A DNA stretch of 32,998 nt from a virus. Taxonomy: Duplodnaviria; Caudoviricetes. The stretch is from positions 1 to 32,998 of IMG/VR virus record IMGVR_UViG_3300005512_000183. One strand, written 5' to 3'. Below the pieces are notes generated by a model. That model did no database searches. It had not been told where the DNA came from and was given only the letters and a program-made list of their open reading frames with translations. The position numbers were made by a program, and so were the translations under genes. Position 1 is the first letter of the stretch; each line of letters opens with the position of its first letter. Below, piece by piece: positions 8,902 through 19,182 of this stretch.

Positions 8902-11900
8902 TTATGTCGCCAATGCAATTGCTCTTAGGTCTTTAATATATGGAACTTCACAAGAGTTTGTTCCTTGCATTCTAATTTTGATTGCAAAGGAAATGAACTC
9001 TTCTAGTCCTTCAGCAGAATATTTTCTTTCGATAAAATCAGTTTCATTAATAGAAGCATTTACATTAGTGTCTGGTTGTCCATCACTATTAAAATATTGC
9101 CAACCAATTTCATCAAAGTCAGATGCGTCATCAGAACGAAGTATCTTATACATTGCCTGAATTTCTGCACTATCAAACTGAACTGCATCAATATAAAGTC
9201 TGATAGCAGTAGCAGGGTTTTGCAACGATACCTTACGAGTTACATAAATGGCCTCGTTGTTATCACCTTCTGGTTCAGTTGGAGATACATAATCAGATGT
9301 AGGATATACATCAGAAGAATTATCAATATTATTAAGTCTATTAGATACTGCGATAACACTCTTTCTATCCAAGTCTAAGATTGGAGATAGATTTTCTCTA
9401 TCAGTTGTCAAATTAAGAATACACTTGAACGATTTATTTCCAGACAACTCTAGCGTTTCGTTAATTGGAGAAGCGATAAGTTTTGGATTAGAAAAGATAT
9501 AGTTATCATTCGTAGGAATATTCTCACCAACTGTTGATTGAGTAAATGAAGTCTGATTTCCACTTGGAGATGTTCCAGTTGTTGTAATAACAGAAGTAGA
9601 AATATTTGTATCTGGTAGTTCAACTGTTGGAATAAGAGTATGGATTTGATCCATTTGTGCATTCTCTGAAGCGAACACAGATTCACCACCACCAGTTCCA
9701 TCAGCATTTGCAGCTGTGGTTGTAGTAACAGTATAAGAGTCAATTCCAATATTCGCAATAGCGTTATGAGTTTTATTCACCTCAGTCAGTGGAATACCAT
9801 TTAGTTGATACAACTGAACTGAAGCACCGTTAGAGTGTGTAACATCAGAACCTTCAACTGCACGAGTAATGGAAGAGATCGAAGTTCCAGAAATAGTTCC
9901 AGACATAACTTCATTACCAATTTTTACATGAACTGTTCCAGAAGACGGCCATCCGTTTGAAGAACTCAATGTAAGTGAAGTTGCACCAGCGTTTAGAGTA
10001 CCACTTAGAGTTGCACCAATTCCAGAAGCAACACCAGAGATAGTTACATTATTTGCAGACGAATACATATGGTGATCCGTGTGACTTACCTTTACTAGTG
10101 TTTGTCCATTAATTGTTCTAATTGGATTTGCAGCCAATTGTTTATTAGGAACATCCTCATTAACTAGAGTTACAACAGAAGTTTTAGATGTATCAAAAGA
10201 TGCACGATACAATGTAAACTTCAAGTCTTCTAGATCATATGCAGTCCAAGTTGTATTGTTCTGTGATTTGAAAAGAACACCCAAGTATGGTTGTTCAGAA
10301 ATTTGTCTACCAGCGGTATCAATCTCACCCATGCGAGAAATCCAAGCAGTATAGTGTGGACTGTCTGTAAACAGAACAATAGCATATTCTACACCATCTT
10401 TAACATAAACTGGTGCATCAAATAAGAAGGTAGTTTTTGCATCACCTGTGTCTGGAGCAGTATTTACAAGACTATACCACTTACCACTACCAGAACTTCC
10501 TGGCACACCACCAGTAAAGGTATATCCATTCGGGCCGGATCCACCAGAGATAGTGAAAGCAGTATCAGATTCAACACTTACAACATTACACAAACAATCT
10601 TGACCACTTGCACCAATATTTTGAATGGTAACTTGCATCCCAGCCCTCAAGTCTGTTAGGAATTGAGTTCCAGCTCCAGTAATTGTTGTGCTACCATTAG
10701 TATAACCAACAGTTCCATCATGGTAAGGTTCTAGTGTCTTAGATGCAAAAGGAAGAACTTTTGTAGTAGGATAACCATTAGACATTTCACGAATCTGACA
10801 TGATACTGGAAGTGTTTCATCTCTGTGTCCAAAATAAACCTCAACCTTAGTAATGAACTCGCCACCTTTTGCCTGTGGCATAAAGGACTGTGCAAGCGGA
10901 TCCCACCAACCCACGACATCTTCACGAGTTTCTTGTCTCGTTACATTCTGTGTTTGGTTTACTTCACGAACTTCAAATCTTGCGTTACGAGTTGCAATGA
11001 TTGTTTCTTGAATATTATTGAGAGTTCCCTTTGCAGTATAAATTGCCTGTGCGAAAGTTTCTACACTCTCAATTCCATTGTTTGGATCAGATGTGAGTCT
11101 GAACTGTCTTTCACCAGTTCTAAATCTTGGATTACCTCTGACAGCTGGATTAGGTATAGAGAATACACCAACAACTCTACCACCAGCAGAGGTTACGAGA
11201 GCGCCACCCAAAGAGCCTCCTTGTGGGGTGCAATATTGACTTACATTTGTTTTATCAAAGAATGGATAAACTCTTGTTCTTGGTTTCATACCAGTTGCGT
11301 TGAATGTAACATTTTTAGATCTAATAAATGGAATAACTGCCTGTGAAACTACTCTATCGCCCTGTGACTCATGGTCGATTTGAGCGACAATAGATGTTTG
11401 AATACCACTTCTAGAAGAAGTTCCTTCTCTAGTAGAAATTGTTCTTTCAATGATAGCACGACCTCTAAATCTACCACCAGCAAGTTGAATTGATCTTTGG
11501 AATGAATGTTCAAAGAATCTATCAGTTGTAGAAGATGTTACACCACCCCACTGTGTTTGCCATGCATTCCAGACTGTTCCAATAGCATTTTGATTTTGTG
11601 CAACAAAAGTATCAAAGTTACCTTCTTGGTTGACAATCAAATCTGGAAGTCTATTTACCTCAAACCACTCATCACCAGATGGTGTGAGTTTACAAATACC
11701 AGCCCACGCAAAGTTAAGAACAGGGTTTAGGTTTTCAACACGAGTTCCGTATGGTTGATCCACAACAACTGTATCAGAATATGGAAGAGTAATTACATCA
11801 CCAGTTCTTTGGTAATTGTCTACAGATCTTTCTGCATTTGTTGTGTTTTCTTCCTCTAGAGAAACGCCCTTCATATAATACTTTGGACGAAGAATACCAT

Positions 11901-14900
11901 CTTGCATATCAATAGCAACACGATAGTCTGGGTGTTTTACATCACCAGTTGCGTGTCCAGCAAAGTTGTCTACAACAAAACCAGATTTAAATCTATCAAG
12001 TCCGTTTGCATCTTGAATTTGAAGTGATGCAGCGTCCTTCTCAAGTAGATTCAATGCAGTATAGTATTCCATGTTTTGAATACGAGTTTCAAGTCTACCA
12101 ATATCTCTCATAGTATATCTACGATTATTTGTCTTAACAAAATTGACATCATTAATATCAATTACATAAGGTGGCAGATTGATGTGTGCAAGTTTCATTG
12201 CATCATCTAGAGCTTTTGGTTGAATTGGAATCTCAGCAGCAGTTCCACTTACAACTTTAAATTCTCCAGCTGGAGTGAGGTATAATTGATCTACTCTTCC
12301 AATGTAATATTCAAAATCATATACAAAGTTAGAGTTATCTTTTGGAATACCAATCGTTGAAGAACCAGTTCCAGAGAATGAACGATCTTCAAAGTTGAAT
12401 GACATAGATGTTACTTTATGAACTGTTTGTGCCTGAATAGTTTGCGTTGTTCTTGTCGCATCAGCAACACGAGGTCTGAAATCAACTGCATCACGCAAGT
12501 CGTATTCACCAGTAGGTTCAGCAACCTCTGGATCTACACGAGTAGCTGTGTAGGTTGGAATGTCTTTATAATTGATTGAACTGTAAGAGTCAACAGTAAA
12601 GAAGTCTCCAGTTCCATGAGAGAAGTAATCACAAACAACTAATAGTCTTCCAGCTGGAGCAATAGCAGCGGGTTTACGAACTATCTTACCAATGTCATAG
12701 AAGTTATCTCTCTGTCCATTGTCTAATGTAAAGTCATTAGTAATAACACGAGAACCAGCAGTAAACGTATCTAGTGTTGCGGTTTCTCCACTTTCAGAAC
12801 CAGTGATAGTTTCACCAGAAGAGAAATTTACATCATTAACAGTGACATATGTAATTGGTGAAATTGGATTAATAACTCTTGCAATAGCACCAGAGGTTGC
12901 ACCAGTGATAAGTTCACCACTTGTGAATGTTCCAGTTGCGCCAGTAATTGTCCACTGAGGAAGAACAGGATCAGCAGCAGAATCTTCTGAATCAAATACT
13001 GCCCAAAGTCTATGAATATCAGCAACACCTAGTGAAATATCTCTGTGATGAGCCGATGTTCCATATTCTGCACCACCAGCAATACCATCATTGTCCACTA
13101 GAACTTGATACATACGAGTTCTTGTTTTAGATTTTTCAGATACAACAGTTCTAGTGATTGTAGCAATAAGTCTTACTTCAGCACCATTACCTAGAATAGA
13201 AGAAGATGTGATTGTTAGTGTTCCAGTTCCAGCACCGCCAATAGTAACATTAGAACTATTAAGGTTTACAACTTGTCCAGCAGTTGCAGAACCACCAGAA
13301 CCAGCAGTGATAACAGTTAGAACATAATCTGTATTATCTACTGCACCAAAGATTTCATTAGAACCAGCGGTGAATGATACAACGCCAGATGCAGAGGATG
13401 TATCTGTAAATGATCTTCTGATAGTAACTTGTGTGTCTGATACTCCAAGATTTGCTTCAGTTTTAAGAGTCTTAACAGTTTGTTTTTGTAACTTACGAAG
13501 AAGAATATTTTTCTGTTGATCTGTAAGTTGAGCTCTCTTTCTTGTTGCAGTAACAGATGTGACTGCATTGGTAAGAGAACTGTCGATTGTAATTGTTGTT
13601 GAATTTGTTACAGCAGTAACTCTTCTAAATTCAATAGCACCAGCAGCACCAGTTGGGAAACCAACAATGTCTCCAACTCTCAATTCAGCAGTGAAGTTTG
13701 TTTGGAAACCATTAACTGTCGTACCACTAGTATAAGATACTAGTCCACTCAAATCTAAAGAATTTTCTAGAACAATATCACCAGTAAAATCTGGATCACC
13801 TACATCTGGATCATTCATGTAAGTTTGTTTTACATGGCTGAAATCAAATGAGTCAATAGAACTGATTGTAAGATCAGTATTACCACTATCCTCTAGAATT
13901 TCATCTGTTTCTGTAGAAGATGTTGACTTTACCTTTTCACCAGTTACGAATGAACCTGTAACTGTTGTGAGAACAATTGTGCTACCAGTGGTGTCAGATT
14001 GAACAAAACCTGTCGCACCAGAAGTAACACCAGTAATTTTTGCACCTGTGGTTACACCAGCAGATGGAGTAGCAGACATTGTAAGTTTTGTAAACATACG
14101 AATGTCAAAAAGATACAACTTAAATTCTGCATCAGATGTCATAACATCCACACCAGAACCAGTATCATTTGCAGAATGTTCAAAGGCTCTTGCACGAGCA
14201 AGTCCAACCTTATTACCAGCTGGAGTTCCTAAAGAAGAAGTTTGTTGGTCATACAATGCAATCTGACGATATGGTTCATCAATCTCACCAGAGATAAATG
14301 GTGAAATTTCTGGAGAACCATTAATATTTTCAATCTTAACGAAGTTACCAACTTCAACTGGAGTAACAGCAGCATTGAAATCTTCAAAACTTCTAGGTTT
14401 AGCAATATCAACAAACTTTGGAGAGATTGTTTCAATCTCATATCCACGAACATATGCCTTTCCAGGCGAAACTTGAACAGTAATAAAATCATCAGAAGCA
14501 ATATTATTACTATCTGTAGTATTTCCAGTATTATATACTCCGTTGTTTAGTCCATCATTTAGAGTTTCACGAATATCCAAATCAAAAGAACGAACAGTAT
14601 AATCACCAGACTCATCATAAGTTCTACGAGCAAGTGTTTCCCCCAAAACTGAGTACTGAGTGTTTCTTGCCTTTTCTAAAAGAGCACCATTCTTAATTCT
14701 AAGAAGTTCAACAAAGTTTGTATCTTCAGTAGAATCAAGAGCTACCTTAGAAAGTGTTAGACTAAACTTTAGTCTGTGAGCGCCCTTTGCGTTAAAGTTT
14801 GAAGTTCCAGCAGCATTGTCCAAAAGAGAAGTGTCTTCCTCTGGTGTTTCTAATCCTTCAACAATAGAAAGTCCAACACGATAGTTTGGAGTGTTTGTAT

Positions 14901-15504
14901 ATTTGTCTAGAATAATTCTTTGTTTTGCAACACGAACAAAATGTCCACGAACAAAGTATACACCCTCTTCAATGTTTGCAGAAGAACCAGTTGCAGTTGC
15001 ACTAACAGCAATAAGTTGAGCAGAGTCAATACCAGAACCAAAAGAACCTACAGTTCCATCAGCTGAAATTCTTTCTCCGTCTGAAAATCTTACTGTAGTA
15101 TTATCTGTTCCAGTATTAATGTATTTAACATAAAGAGTAATAGGATCGTCAGTTGTTGCCGCAACTGCTTGAATAACTTCTGCAACAACACCAGAGGTTG
15201 TTCCAGTAATTCTTTTTCCAACATAGTCTTGAATTTGTGAAGAAATATCAGAACCACTCAATGTAGATTCAATTTTAACGGCATAGTATTCATCAGTGTA
15301 ACCAACTGCGCCAGGAATAACCACTGTTCCTTCTTTGAACATATGGCGTCCATGTCTTTCGATTTGATTTTGAAGAATGCTCTGAAGTTGTGTTAGTTCT
15401 CTTGCCTGCACTGCAAAGCCAGGACGAAATAGAACTCTATGAAAATCTTTACTTTCAGCAAAGTCATCATAGTATGGGGCTACATTAAGATTGGTTTTTT
15501 CCAT
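8902..15504 (-). CDS. Large virion structural protein, VrlC / DUF4815-like (2200 aa)
   Basis: TNLNVAPYYDDF..HRVLFRPGFAVQARELTQLQSILQNQIE start, LARRTYDESGDY, DPLAQSF, DLRAIAL end; sits after gp8 as in marine T4-like phages. Confidence 0.85.
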   Translation of the reverse strand: MEKTNLNVAPYYDDFAESKDFHRVLFRPGFAVQARELTQLQSILQNQIERHGRHMFKEGTVVIPGAVGYTDEYYAVKIESTLSGSDISSQIQDYVGKRITGTTSGVVAEVIQAVAATTDDPITLYVKYINTGTDNTTVRFSDGERISADGTVGSFGSGIDSAQLIAVSATATGSSANIEEGVYFVRGHFVRVAKQRIILDKYTNTPNYRVGLSIVEGLETPEEDTSLLDNAAGTSNFNAKGAHRLKFSLTLSKVALDSTEDTNFVELLRIKNGALLEKARNTQYSVLGETLARRTYDESGDYTVRSFDLDIRETLNDGLNNGVYNTGNTTDSNNIASDDFITVQVSPGKAYVRGYEIETISPKFVDIAKPRSFEDFNAAVTPVEVGNFVKIENINGSPEISPFISGEIDEPYRQIALYDQQTSSLGTPAGNKVGLARARAFEHSANDTGSGVDVMTSDAEFKLYLFDIRMFTKLTMSATPSAGVTTGAKITGVTSGATGFVQSDTTGSTIVLTTVTGSFVTGEKVKSTSSTETDEILEDSGNTDLTISSIDSFDFSHVKQTYMNDPDVGDPDFTGDIVLENSLDLSGLVSYTSGTTVNGFQTNFTAELRVGDIVGFPTGAAGAIEFRRVTAVTNSTTITIDSSLTNAVTSVTATRKRAQLTDQQKNILLRKLQKQTVKTLKTEANLGVSDTQVTIRRSFTDTSSASGVVSFTAGSNEIFGAVDNTDYVLTVITAGSGGSATAGQVVNLNSSNVTIGGAGTGTLTITSSSILGNGAEVRLIATITRTVVSEKSKTRTRMYQVLVDNDGIAGGAEYGTSAHHRDISLGVADIHRLWAVFDSEDSAADPVLPQWTITGATGTFTSGELITGATSGAIARVINPISPITYVTVNDVNFSSGETITGSESGETATLDTFTAGSRVITNDFTLDNGQRDNFYDIGKIVRKPAAIAPAGRLLVVCDYFSHGTGDFFTVDSYSSINYKDIPTYTATRVDPEVAEPTGEYDLRDAVDFRPRVADATRTTQTIQAQTVHKVTSMSFNFEDRSFSGTGSSTIGIPKDNSNFVYDFEYYIGRVDQLYLTPAGEFKVVSGTAAEIPIQPKALDDAMKLAHINLPPYVIDINDVNFVKTNNRRYTMRDIGRLETRIQNMEYYTALNLLEKDAASLQIQDANGLDRFKSGFVVDNFAGHATGDVKHPDYRVAIDMQDGILRPKYYMKGVSLEEENTTNAERSVDNYQRTGDVITLPYSDTVVVDQPYGTRVENLNPVLNFAWAGICKLTPSGDEWFEVNRLPDLIVNQEGNFDTFVAQNQNAIGTVWNAWQTQWGGVTSSTTDRFFEHSFQRSIQLAGGRFRGRAIIERTISTREGTSSRSGIQTSIVAQIDHESQGDRVVSQAVIPFIRSKNVTFNATGMKPRTRVYPFFDKTNVSQYCTPQGGSLGGALVTSAGGRVVGVFSIPNPAVRGNPRFRTGERQFRLTSDPNNGIESVETFAQAIYTAKGTLNNIQETIIATRNARFEVREVNQTQNVTRQETREDVVGWWDPLAQSFMPQAKGGEFITKVEVYFGHRDETLPVSCQIREMSNGYPTTKVLPFASKTLEPYHDGTVGYTNGSTTITGAGTQFLTDLRAGMQVTIQNIGASGQDCLCNVVSVESDTAFTISGGSGPNGYTFTGGVPGSSGSGKWYSLVNTAPDTGDAKTTFLFDAPVYVKDGVEYAIVLFTDSPHYTAWISRMGEIDTAGRQISEQPYLGVLFKSQNNTTWTAYDLEDLKFTLYRASFDTSKTSVVTLVNEDVPNKQLAANPIRTINGQTLVKVSHTDHHMYSSANNVTISGVASGIGATLSGTLNAGATSLTLSSSNGWPSSGTVHVKIGNEVMSGTISGTSISSITRAVEGSDVTHSNGASVQLYQLNGIPLTEVNKTHNAIANIGIDSYTVTTTTAANADGTGGGESVFASENAQMDQIHTLIPTVELPDTNISTSVITTTGTSPSGNQTSFTQSTVGENIPTNDNYIFSNPKLIASPINETLELSGNKSFKCILNLTTDRENLSPILDLDRKSVIAVSNRLNNIDNSSDVYPTSDYVSPTEPEGDNNEAIYVTRKVSLQNPATAIRLYIDAVQFDSAEIQAMYKILRSDDASDFDEIGWQYFNSDGQPDTNVNASINETDFIERKYSAEGLEEFISFAIKIRMQGTNSCEVPYIKDLRAIALAT

Positions 15505-15507
15505 TGT

Positions 15508-16974
15508 TTAGAATTCCACTACGATTTTAATATCTTCAGTTTGGTCAGATGCACGAGAAATTGGGCGTCTGTTTTCGACATATAGAATATGTCCACTATC
15601 TGGTTCAAGTTCTGGATTAGCATATCCAGAAGTAAATGTCAAAGTTGTTCCACCAGCAAGAGTTACATTTTCTGAAGCAGTTGTAGAAGGAATTGCAGCT
15701 GCACCAGATGTTGCACCTGTTACAGTATTTGTACCAGAAAATGCTACATAGTTTCCAGCAGTATTGATTCCGTAATCAGAAAATCTTTCTTGAACATAGT
15801 AAAGAATATTTCTTGATGCATCCCACTCAACAACTCTACCAACTGCACCAGTTGTGGTTTGAGTAATCTTTTCATCAATGATATAGTCTGTTGAAGGAGC
15901 TGCAGTCATTTTAATAGCATATGATTGTCTGCGAGTAGATGCAGTAGAAACAGTTGTTGTTCCAAAGTTATATGGGTCTTTTACAATACCAACTTCTCTA
16001 AAGTCGTTTGCAACTGTGACATCATCACCCTCTGCCTGTTCTAGTTTAGTGTTCATCATAACATAGTGAGCACCAAGTTCTTCAACAGCATTGAAACCAT
16101 GTCCACCTCTAGGTGAAATAATAGGAGTTATAGATCCAGCAACACCAGCACCAATTGAAGATGATAGTGTCAAAGCACTATCAGAATATGTGTCTGTCAA
16201 ATCTACAGTAGCAAATGTATATCCTGTTCCAGCAGCAAATACGTTTGTTCCACTAGAACCTTGTGGTTGAATTGCACCACCACTTACTACAATCTCAACA
16301 ATACCACTAGAACCATCACCATCAATTGGTGAATAATAAGTTCCATCAGTATAACCAGAACCAGCAGCTACCCGAACTACATCAATAGAACCATCAACAG
16401 CGGCAGCTGAAACTGTGGAATCTGTAGTAACTGGAATGAAGTCAGATGTTAGAAACTTATCAATTTCTGAAACTGAGAGGGTATACATATACTGTAAAGT
16501 ATATCCACCAAGTTCAAATGGAATTGCAGAAATCGTTGTTGGTTCAACACCAGAATATGCAGTTCCACCATTGTTGTCCAGAACTTTGTATACTTTATAC
16601 TCAGAGGTCATAAAGAAGAAAGTTCCATCCCAAAGATTTGTTGCGGCTGATGTTGTTGGGTTTGATGTCGAAACATCATGTTCATACATATCATATGTTG
16701 TATTATTTGCCCAATCTCTGCGAGGAGCGACATATGAAACATCTGAAGTAGAGATAATCTTTGCCGCAAGCATAGAATCCCACTTATGATATTCTACAAC
16801 AACATCGTCATTCGGTGTTGGAGGAGAGTTATCATCGCCACCAGAAGTATTCACACTAAAGGGTGAACTCTTTCCGATAAACAAATAATATGTTGATGCA
16901 GAAGCTTCAGAGAATGACTCAAAGAACTGTTCTGCGTTATGTTGCCTGAACTTTTCAGTAATAATTGCTGCCAT
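15508..16974 (-). CDS. gp8: Baseplate wedge subunit gp8
   Basis: YYLFIGK..PPTP..PRRDW..YKVYKVLDN..YVENRRPISRASDQTEDIKIVVEF, the characteristic gp8 C-terminus. Confidence 0.9.
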   Translation of the reverse strand: MAAIITEKFRQHNAEQFFESFSEASASTYYLFIGKSSPFSVNTSGGDDNSPPTPNDDVVVEYHKWDSMLAAKIISTSDVSYVAPRRDWANNTTYDMYEHDVSTSNPTTSAATNLWDGTFFFMTSEYKVYKVLDNNGGTAYSGVEPTTISAIPFELGGYTLQYMYTLSVSEIDKFLTSDFIPVTTDSTVSAAAVDGSIDVVRVAAGSGYTDGTYYSPIDGDGSSGIVEIVVSGGAIQPQGSSGTNVFAAGTGYTFATVDLTDTYSDSALTLSSSIGAGVAGSITPIISPRGGHGFNAVEELGAHYVMMNTKLEQAEGDDVTVANDFREVGIVKDPYNFGTTTVSTASTRRQSYAIKMTAAPSTDYIIDEKITQTTTGAVGRVVEWDASRNILYYVQERFSDYGINTAGNYVAFSGTNTVTGATSGAAAIPSTTASENVTLAGGTTLTFTSGYANPELEPDSGHILYVENRRPISRASDQTEDIKIVVEF

Positions 16975-16992
16975 TGTTTTTTCCTATAATCT

Positions 16993-17000
16993 TATTTATT
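16993..17000 (-). promoter_or_regulatory. Late promoter variant AATAAATA upstream of gp8
   Basis: One mismatch to TATAAATA, intergenic; similar variants near 191, 1368, 2778 and 5250. Confidence 0.6.
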
Positions 17001-17007
17001 CAGTAAC

Positions 17008-17919
17008 TTAGTTCGCATAATAATGAACTGTTCCTACTATTCTTGTGCCATTCCCAAATACAGACAGAGCATTTCCAATATTTCCAGTTGCAACTGTGTG
17101 TCCAGTAAAGTAAACATAGGTTTGGCCATTAATAGCATACATATCTAATGAATAAACATTCTGTGCGAGACTAGAATAAAATGAAATATGTCCAGAATGA
17201 ACTCCCAATACAGGCGTGACACCGTTATTTACCGTAAATGGAAGACCAAACATCTGGGCAGTTGAACCAGAGTTTCTAGCATTAATTGTTATATCAAAAG
17301 CTGCTGAAACATATCTACCTATTTTTGTATATATTCCTTGTTGATTAGTATAAGTTGCATCGGCACCAATATTTGGAGTCCATGAGCCTTCTTCATAATC
17401 TTCTAAATTATTTGCAGCAACATAACCAGAGCTTTCTGCTACCCCCAAAGTGATGCCATATGGTGCAACCACTCTGCCCAAATAATCTACTTTTACTCCA
17501 GTGTATGTTGTCCCACTATATGTGGATCTCAGTGCAAGATAGTCAGCAGCCCCAGCAAAGGATTTAATATCAAAATCAACAGATGCAGATGGTATGTTTA
17601 TTTCTTGATTTACTGCAAGATTTATATTGCCAGCGACTGATACATTACTATCAGCAGTTAGTGTTCCAGTAACATCCAGTGTTCCTGCCACATCAATATT
17701 AGTATCCAGTTTTGCAGAAGTGACAGCATCATCAGCAAGTTCTGTTGTATCAACAGCCCCAGCGGCAATCTTTGCAGAAGTGACTGCACCACTAGCAAGT
17801 TCTGTTGTATCAACAGCCCCAGCGGCAATCTTTGCAGTTGTTACAGCATCATCAGCAATATCAGCTGTTGTTACCCCACCATCCAATAGTGCCGTTGCGT
17901 TGATTCTATCTAGTGCCAT
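17008..17919 (-). CDS. Short tail fibre-like protein
   Basis: AVTxAKIAAGAVDTTELA repeats; C-terminal EDYEEGSWTP..YTKIGRYV head similar to that of 197..1345. Confidence 0.8.
   Translation of the reverse strand: MALDRINATALLDGGVTTADIADDAVTTAKIAAGAVDTTELASGAVTSAKIAAGAVDTTELADDAVTSAKLDTNIDVAGTLDVTGTLTADSNVSVAGNINLAVNQEINIPSASVDFDIKSFAGAADYLALRSTYSGTTYTGVKVDYLGRVVAPYGITLGVAESSGYVAANNLEDYEEGSWTPNIGADATYTNQQGIYTKIGRYVSAAFDITINARNSGSTAQMFGLPFTVNNGVTPVLGVHSGHISFYSSLAQNVYSLDMYAINGQTYVYFTGHTVATGNIGNALSVFGNGTRIVGTVHYYAN
17711..17837. repeat. 60-bp coding tandem duplication, also shared with two other fibre genes
   Basis: tttgcagaagtgac..gcaagttctgttgtatcaacagccccagcggcaatc occurs twice; near-identical copies at ~934-1032 and ~3822-3904. 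Confidence 0.9.
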
Positions 17920-17931
17920 ACTTTTTTATCC

Positions 17932-19140
17932 TTATGCGATTGTTACGCCGTTTTGTCCTACAACTGCCCATCCAGCATTTGTATAAACAAGAGTTACAGA
18001 ATCACCCAAGTCAGTGAAAGTAATAGTTGTTCCGCCGAGGAAAGTTGTTGGAGTGAGAATTGCAGTATCAGAACCAGCACCCTCTGCAACATATGAAATA
18101 ATCTTTACTTGTCCAGCCTGTCCATTAACAAGAGTAAGTGCATCACCAGTTCCAGTTGTCGTAATCTCAGTAATAAGGTCTGTAGCATTTACAGCATTAG
18201 GCCCAGAGATTTGTTCCAAAGAACCAGTAAAGGAAGTCAATCCATTTACATCTGGAGATGTCAAAGTTTTATTTGTTAGTGTCTCTGTTCCAGCAAGTGT
18301 TGCAAAGTCACCGTCAGACAGTGCAGTATTAAACTCAGCAGTTGTTCCAGTTACAGTTGCTGTAGAAAGATCAACGGTAAGAGTGTTATTTGCAGAATCC
18401 ACAGTCTTGTTAGTAAGTGTCTGTGTTGCAACCTCTGAAACAAGAGTAGAGTTTGCACCAGCAGGAAGCAACATTTCGTTAGTTACTGCCGCACTATGTG
18501 GTTGTGGTTTAATTGTCTGTCCGTGTGCATTAGTTTCACAGTTAAGAACAATTGCACCTTCTGTTGTAGAACCGTCACCACGAACCTCAACGATTTGAGT
18601 TGCAGCGTTAAGTTGCAAGTTACCAGATGATGTTGAAATATTACCAACCAAGTTTCCAGTAATATTACCAGAAGAATTGACTGTAGTAAATGTTCCAGAA
18701 GATGGAGTTGTAGTACCAATTGCACCGTCAACATTACCAGTTACATTACCAGTTACATCTCCAGTAATATCACCAACAAAGTTTGTTGAGGTAACACTGG
18801 TTAGTCCAGCAAGAGTTGTAGATGAAGCACCAAGTGCGATTGCAGTAGTTCCAACTGTTACATCATTGTTAGCAAGATTAGCATTTGTAATACCAGCTGT
18901 TCCACTCAACATTGCATTTGTAATGTTTGAGATTGTGTTGCTAGATGCATCAATTGTTTTGTTAGTTAAAGTTTGACTTGCAGTGTTTAGTGTCACTGTG
19001 TCAGAAGTTAGTGTAGAACCGTCACCAAGTTTGGTATAGATTTCTACGAAGTTGGCGTTGATTTTCCCTGCGCCGGTGCGAAGGTCGTCACCTGTTCCGT
19101 CATTCGCAGAAGTTCCACGCCCGATTGCTTGATATGCCAT
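17932..19140 (-). CDS. Baseplate gp9/gp10-like fibre connector
   Basis: N-terminal IGRGTSANDGTGDDLRTGAGKINANFVEIY (T4 gp9/gp10 N-domain motif); TQTLTNKT repeats. Confidence 0.8.
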   Translation of the reverse strand: MAYQAIGRGTSANDGTGDDLRTGAGKINANFVEIYTKLGDGSTLTSDTVTLNTASQTLTNKTIDASSNTISNITNAMLSGTAGITNANLANNDVTVGTTAIALGASSTTLAGLTSVTSTNFVGDITGDVTGNVTGNVDGAIGTTTPSSGTFTTVNSSGNITGNLVGNISTSSGNLQLNAATQIVEVRGDGSTTEGAIVLNCETNAHGQTIKPQPHSAAVTNEMLLPAGANSTLVSEVATQTLTNKTVDSANNTLTVDLSTATVTGTTAEFNTALSDGDFATLAGTETLTNKTLTSPDVNGLTSFTGSLEQISGPNAVNATDLITEITTTGTGDALTLVNGQAGQVKIISYVAEGAGSDTAILTPTTFLGGTTITFTDLGDSVTLVYTNAGWAVVGQNGVTIA

Positions 19141-19174
19141 GTTGGGTTCTCCTAAAAAATATCCCTTATACCTT

Positions 19175-19182
19175 TATTTATA
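19175..19182 (-). promoter_or_regulatory. T4-type late promoter TATAAATA
   Basis: Exact consensus overlapping the gp7 stop codon, upstream of the gp9/10-like gene. Confidence 0.75.

Noticed and set aside
8902-15504. Intein or intron in the 2200-aa protein or in uvsX
   Set aside because: No Hint-domain termini or homing endonuclease motifs seen; the ORFs are continuous and uvsX has normal length
2593-17855. CRISPR-like arrays
   Set aside because: Repeats are in-frame 30/60-bp coding tandems without unique spacers
197-17919. Diversity-generating retroelement acting on fibre genes
   Set aside because: No reverse transcriptase in the window; the shared repeats are mid-gene spacers with synonymous differences, not an adenine-specific TR/VR pair at a C-terminus
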